Source: Phycisphaerae bacterium (GTDB lineage: Bacteria; Planctomycetota; Phycisphaerae; UBA1845; Fen-1342). From it: a DNA stretch of 64,000 bases. Both the position numbers and the translations under genes were made by a program. The stretch covers positions 128,001 to 192,000 of the forward strand of contig JASFQK010000001.1 in the NCBI GenBank assembly GCA_050115495.1, written 5' to 3'. Below, one piece after another: positions 60,527-64,000 of this stretch. Below the pieces are notes generated by a model. That model was not told the DNA's origin and did no database searches. It saw nothing but the letters and a program-made list of their open reading frames with translations. Each line of letters begins with the position of its first letter. The first letter of the stretch is position 1.

Positions 60527-61033
60527 TTACGGATGGGGTGGCCAGAGTTCGCTCGGGGTGATACCCAACGCAGCGGCGAGTTTCTCGACCGTGGAGCGCT
60601 GGGGATGACACCTGCGGCTCAGCATCATGGAGATTGCGGGCTGCTGCACTCCGATCGCGCTGGCCAGTTGCGCCTGCGTCATACCCTTGTCGTGCATGAT
60701 GGCCTTCAGGCGTTCGGCAAAGGCGCTGTCCTGAGCGTCGAGGGCCTCGACGTCGTCTCGGAAATCACTGGACGCTTGAAGCGATTCGCCCAGGTCCTCG
60801 ATGTCGACGCCCACACTGCCGTCGTAGGAAGTTGGGAAGAGGGCCTCTACGAGCGTGGCGACGGCAGCCTCGCGATCGTCGGGGTCAGTCTCGGGTGCAT
60901 TGATGACGGCGCACATGTCGCGGATGACGGCCTGTACATCATCAGGCGCCTCGCTGTAGGCGCGAAACACCTGGGCGAAGCTCTCACTCAGTATCCGCTC
61001 GGCCTGTTTCGTCTCTGCTGCCCGGAGACTCAT
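60527..61033 (-). CDS. XRE-HTH antitoxin-like regulator (HigA-like) with long N-terminal region
   Basis: FAERLKAIMHDKGMTQAQLASAIGVQQPAISMML...KLAAALG. Confidence 0.75.
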   Translation of the reverse strand: MSLRAAETKQAERILSESFAQVFRAYSEAPDDVQAVIRDMCAVINAPETDPDDREAAVATLVEALFPTSYDGSVGVDIEDLGESLQASSDFRDDVEALDAQDSAFAERLKAIMHDKGMTQAQLASAIGVQQPAISMMLSRRCHPQRSTVEKLAAALGITPSELWPPHP

Positions 61034-61069
61034 GATCCTTGACGCCCTTTCGCGTAGCACGCTCCAACG

Positions 61070-61495
61070 TCACTCGAACAGACGGTTCTCATAGAAGCGC
61101 TGGATGATGAGCGCGCGGCGTGCATTGAACGTTCGGATGTTCGCCGTCGTCCACTCATCTCGTTTCTTCTGCAGCACTGCGATAACCCAGATGATTGGCA
61201 ATGGGGCCCGGACCGAGGGGTCGCCTCTGTAGAAGACGATCCTGATGTTGTCGTGGCCGCCGACCCGGTCATGAACACGCAGTTCTCCGATGCCCTTGTG
61301 GCACGCCTTGATCCAGCACCAGTCGAGATCGAGCAGTCGTCCTTGCTGGTCAGCCGGGTCGGGCAGTGGCCAAAACCGCAGCTTGAGTGCGTGGCATCGA
61401 ATCTCGACCCGGTCGCGGGTCCTCTTGAACCAGTGATGGGCGTCTGCCCAGGCCGGCCCGAATACACGGACCCGATAATCACCGTCCAATGGCAT
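61070..61495 (-). CDS. RelE/HigB-like toxin
   Basis: IGELRV...NIRIVFY...IWVIAVLQKK pattern; precedes HTH gene. Confidence 0.65.
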   Translation of the reverse strand: MPLDGDYRVRVFGPAWADAHHWFKRTRDRVEIRCHALKLRFWPLPDPADQQGRLLDLDWCWIKACHKGIGELRVHDRVGGHDNIRIVFYRGDPSVRAPLPIIWVIAVLQKKRDEWTTANIRTFNARRALIIQRFYENRLFE

Positions 61496-61538
61496 CTCAT
61501 GTCTCGACTACCACTCGGCGACAACGTCTCTGCGTAAA

Positions 61539-61590
61539 TGATATCACACAATCATACTATCGACCAGTGAATATCACTTATTATGTGATT
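61539..61590. promoter_or_regulatory. AT-rich operator region of TA pair
   Basis: ATCAC-TTATTAT-GTGAT dyad (61573-61589), TGATATCA, repeated ATATCAC. Confidence 0.55.
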
Positions 61591-61721
61591 TTCAGGCTCC
61601 GCCGGGCGGGGCCATCGTTCTCGGTGTGTGACGTTGGGTGGCTGCCGCCAGCGCGGCCGACGGTGACGCCATCGGTCGCTTCTGTTACCGTGCGCGCGGT
61701 TGAGTTTGGCTGAGGTGGCGC

Positions 61722-62441
61722 GTGCGGAAGAATACGCTCAACTTCGTGGTGGATCTGGCGGCGCTGGTGGTCATGCTGGCGCTGGTGGCGACGGGGTTGC
61801 TGCTGTACTTCATTCTCGTGCCGGGCAGCCGGGGCGGACAGGGGCTGGCGCTGTGGGGATGGAGCCGACACGACTGGGGCGACCTGCACTTCTGGCTGTC
61901 GCTGAGCCTGCTGGCCCTCATCATCCTGCACGTCATCCTGCACTGGGACTGGGTGTGCTTCACGGTCCGGCGGTGGGTCAGCCCGGCGGCGGCGCGGACG
62001 TGCAAGATGTCCGTTGGGGCGCAATGGCTGTGGGGACTGGCGCTTACCGTGGCGGTGGTCGGGCTCGTCGGCGGTTTCCTCGGGCTGGCGGTGGCGAACC
62101 TGACGCGCGGGGCGGACGACGAGCACGGACATCTGAATAATCGTCGACCGGCGCAGAATACTGCCGAGCCCGGCGCCGGTCTCGCCACGGGTGAGGGCGC
62201 GGGCGGCGCGCACGATGCGGAAGAAATTCGCGGGTCGATGACGCTGCGGTCGGCGGCGGCGGTCGCCGGCGTCGATGTGGAGCTGCTGAAGCGGGAACTG
62301 GGGCTGCCGGCGAGCGTATCAGGCGAGGAGCGGCTCGGCCGACTGTGCAAGGATTACGGGCTGGAGATGTCCGCCATTCGGGCGGCGGTGAGCCGGCTGG
62401 CGAAATCTGGGTCTGAGTCGTCCGATAACAGCAAACCATAG
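61722..62441 (+). CDS. DUF4405 (flavinylation-associated cytochrome-like) membrane protein
   Basis: NFVVDL...TGLLL...W.W.RHDWGDLHFW...LHVILHWDW. Confidence 0.82.
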   Translation: MRKNTLNFVVDLAALVVMLALVATGLLLYFILVPGSRGGQGLALWGWSRHDWGDLHFWLSLSLLALIILHVILHWDWVCFTVRRWVSPAAARTCKMSVGAQWLWGLALTVAVVGLVGGFLGLAVANLTRGADDEHGHLNNRRPAQNTAEPGAGLATGEGAGGAHDAEEIRGSMTLRSAAAVAGVDVELLKRELGLPASVSGEERLGRLCKDYGLEMSAIRAAVSRLAKSGSESSDNSKP

Positions 62442-62608
62442 GACTTGCCGGGGTGTCAATAATGGGGGGAGCGGTATCAAAACGGGCGCCCGGCGCGCGT
62501 GGCGCAGGCTGGGTGCGGTACGTGGATTGCACGGACGATAAGGTCGGGACGGGAGGGGACAGCATGTCCCTGGTCGGCTACCGTACAGTTTCGGAGGATG
62601 TTTCCCGG

Positions 62609-63757
62609 ATGGCAGTGACACCCGGTACACAATCTGAGCAAACCTCGAAGGCGCGCGGCTGGGGCCGGCGGGTCGTGCCGGCGCTGCTGCTCGTCGTGGT
62701 CGCCGGCCTGGTGGGCGTCGTGGCGCTGATGCCGTCGGATCCGGCGCCGGTGCCGCCGGTGGTGGCCGTGCCGGTGAACGTGACGGTTGAAACGGTGGCG
62801 CTGGAGGACGTGAAGGACGCCCTGACGCTGACGGCGGTCGTGGAGCCGAACCGGGTGGTGCGGGTGGCGGCGGAAGTCGCCGGTCGGATCGAGCGCTATG
62901 GAGAAAGCACGTCGTCGGCCGGTGGCGAGAGCACGCCGCTGGTGGAGGGCGAGCAGGTTCAGAAGGGCCAGGCGATCATTCACCTGAACAAGGACCTGTT
63001 GCAGGCCCGCTATGACCAGGCGCTGGCCCAGGCCGACTACGATGACCGCGAGTATCAGCGGCAGCTCGATCTGTACGAGCGGGCCGTGGGGTCGAAGACC
63101 GAGCTGGATGATGCGCGGACGCGGCGGGAAGTGAGCCGCGCAGCGCTGGAGGGAACCGAGCACGAACTGGCCCGGACGACGATCTGCGCGCCGCAGGCCG
63201 GCGTGCTGAACAAGCTGCCGCGGGAGGTGGGCGAGTACGTCACTCCCGGGGACGAAGTCGCCGAGATCGTCGAAGTGGACACGGTAAAGGTGGTGGTGAA
63301 CGTTCCGGAGCGGGACGTGCGCTGCTTCCAGGTGGGGCAGGAGGCGGAGCTGGTGCCGTTCGTGGAGGGGCAGGCGGCGCTCGTGGGCGAGATCACGTAC
63401 GTCAGCGCCCTGGCGGACGAGGGTACACGGACGACGCGACTGGAGATCACCGCGGACAACCGTAAGGGCCTGTTGCGCAGCGGGCAGATCATCAACGCCC
63501 GGCTGATTCGCCAGCAGATTCCGGGCACGATCATGATTCCGCTGGCGGCGGTGATTCCGCTGGAGGTGGGGCATGTCGTGTACGTGGTGAACGACGAACA
63601 CGCCGAGCGGCGGGACGTGGTGCTGGGCCTGCTCCAGGGCCGGCGGGTGCAGGTGTTGAGCGGGCTGGCTCCGGGCGATCGGCTGATCGTGGCCGGGCAT
63701 CGCTACGTGGGTCCCGGGCAGCCAGTGGACATCGTTGACGCCGAGCCTACACCGTGA
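62609..63757 (+). CDS. RND efflux periplasmic adaptor subunit
   Basis: VAAEVAGRI, TTICAPQAG, TRTTRLEI, GLAPGDRLIVAG; GGAGG RBS. Confidence 0.9.
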   Translation: MAVTPGTQSEQTSKARGWGRRVVPALLLVVVAGLVGVVALMPSDPAPVPPVVAVPVNVTVETVALEDVKDALTLTAVVEPNRVVRVAAEVAGRIERYGESTSSAGGESTPLVEGEQVQKGQAIIHLNKDLLQARYDQALAQADYDDREYQRQLDLYERAVGSKTELDDARTRREVSRAALEGTEHELARTTICAPQAGVLNKLPREVGEYVTPGDEVAEIVEVDTVKVVVNVPERDVRCFQVGQEAELVPFVEGQAALVGEITYVSALADEGTRTTRLEITADNRKGLLRSGQIINARLIRQQIPGTIMIPLAAVIPLEVGHVVYVVNDEHAERRDVVLGLLQGRRVQVLSGLAPGDRLIVAGHRYVGPGQPVDIVDAEPTP

Positions 63758-64000
63758 TTCTCTCCGACGCAGCCATTGGCAATCGTACGACGGTCGGCGT
63801 GCTGAGCGCCGTGATCTTCATATTCGGTGTGTACAGCTACATCGTGCTGCCGCGCGAGTCGTCACCGGATGTGCCGGTGCCGTACATCGTGGTGACGACG
63901 GTGTACGAAGGGGTGGCGCCCGAGGACATCGAATCGTCGGTCACGATCAAGATCGAGAAGGAGCTGGGTGGGCTCAAGGGGGTGAAGGAAATCACCTCGT
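63754..64000 (+). CDS. RND efflux permease subunit (3' end outside window)
   Basis: GTGA overlap; LPRESSPDV.VP...TTVYEGVAPEDIESSVT..IEKEL. Confidence 0.9.
   Translation, partial: MILSDAAIGNRTTVGVLSAVIFIFGVYSYIVLPRESSPDVPVPYIVVTTVYEGVAPEDIESSVTIKIEKELGGLKGVKEITS

Noticed and set aside
61565..61592. dif/Xer site (TTATGTGATT resembles an XerD arm)
   Set aside because: No XerC arm, origin-proximal location; better explained as a TA operator

Overview
High-GC bacterial chromosome window, most likely Planctomycetota (Phycisphaerae-like, inferred from gene content), covering the replication-origin neighbourhood. It holds truD-dnaA-[oriC-like spacer]-dnaN-dciA-gyrB, an orphan parB with a perfect parS, and housekeeping genes (nadD-pntA1A2B, HU, sucAB-lpdA, mnmG, lysC, queA, alr, tatD-yicC-secG-tpiA, RND efflux). 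Four small accessory inserts are embedded: an MqsR-MqsA-SecB-like toxin-antitoxin-chaperone (TAC) triad; an XRE/zinc-ribbon plus membrane-protein pair behind a very AT-rich region; a 2.75-kb integrase-less islet carrying a nuclease-NACHT (NLR/Avs-like) gene, flanked by a duplicated lysC 5' end and promoter; and a toxin-first HigBA-like TA pair. Two window-scale signals are not explained by the genes. One is a recurring 25-bp dyad TAAR-N17-YTTA (six perfect copies, three written into coding sequence with rare AT-rich codons). The other is a G/C strand-skew switch at parB/parS (about 14-16 kb) rather than at dnaA-dnaN. No rRNA, tRNA or CRISPR array was recognised. All calls are by eye from motifs; no database searches were run.
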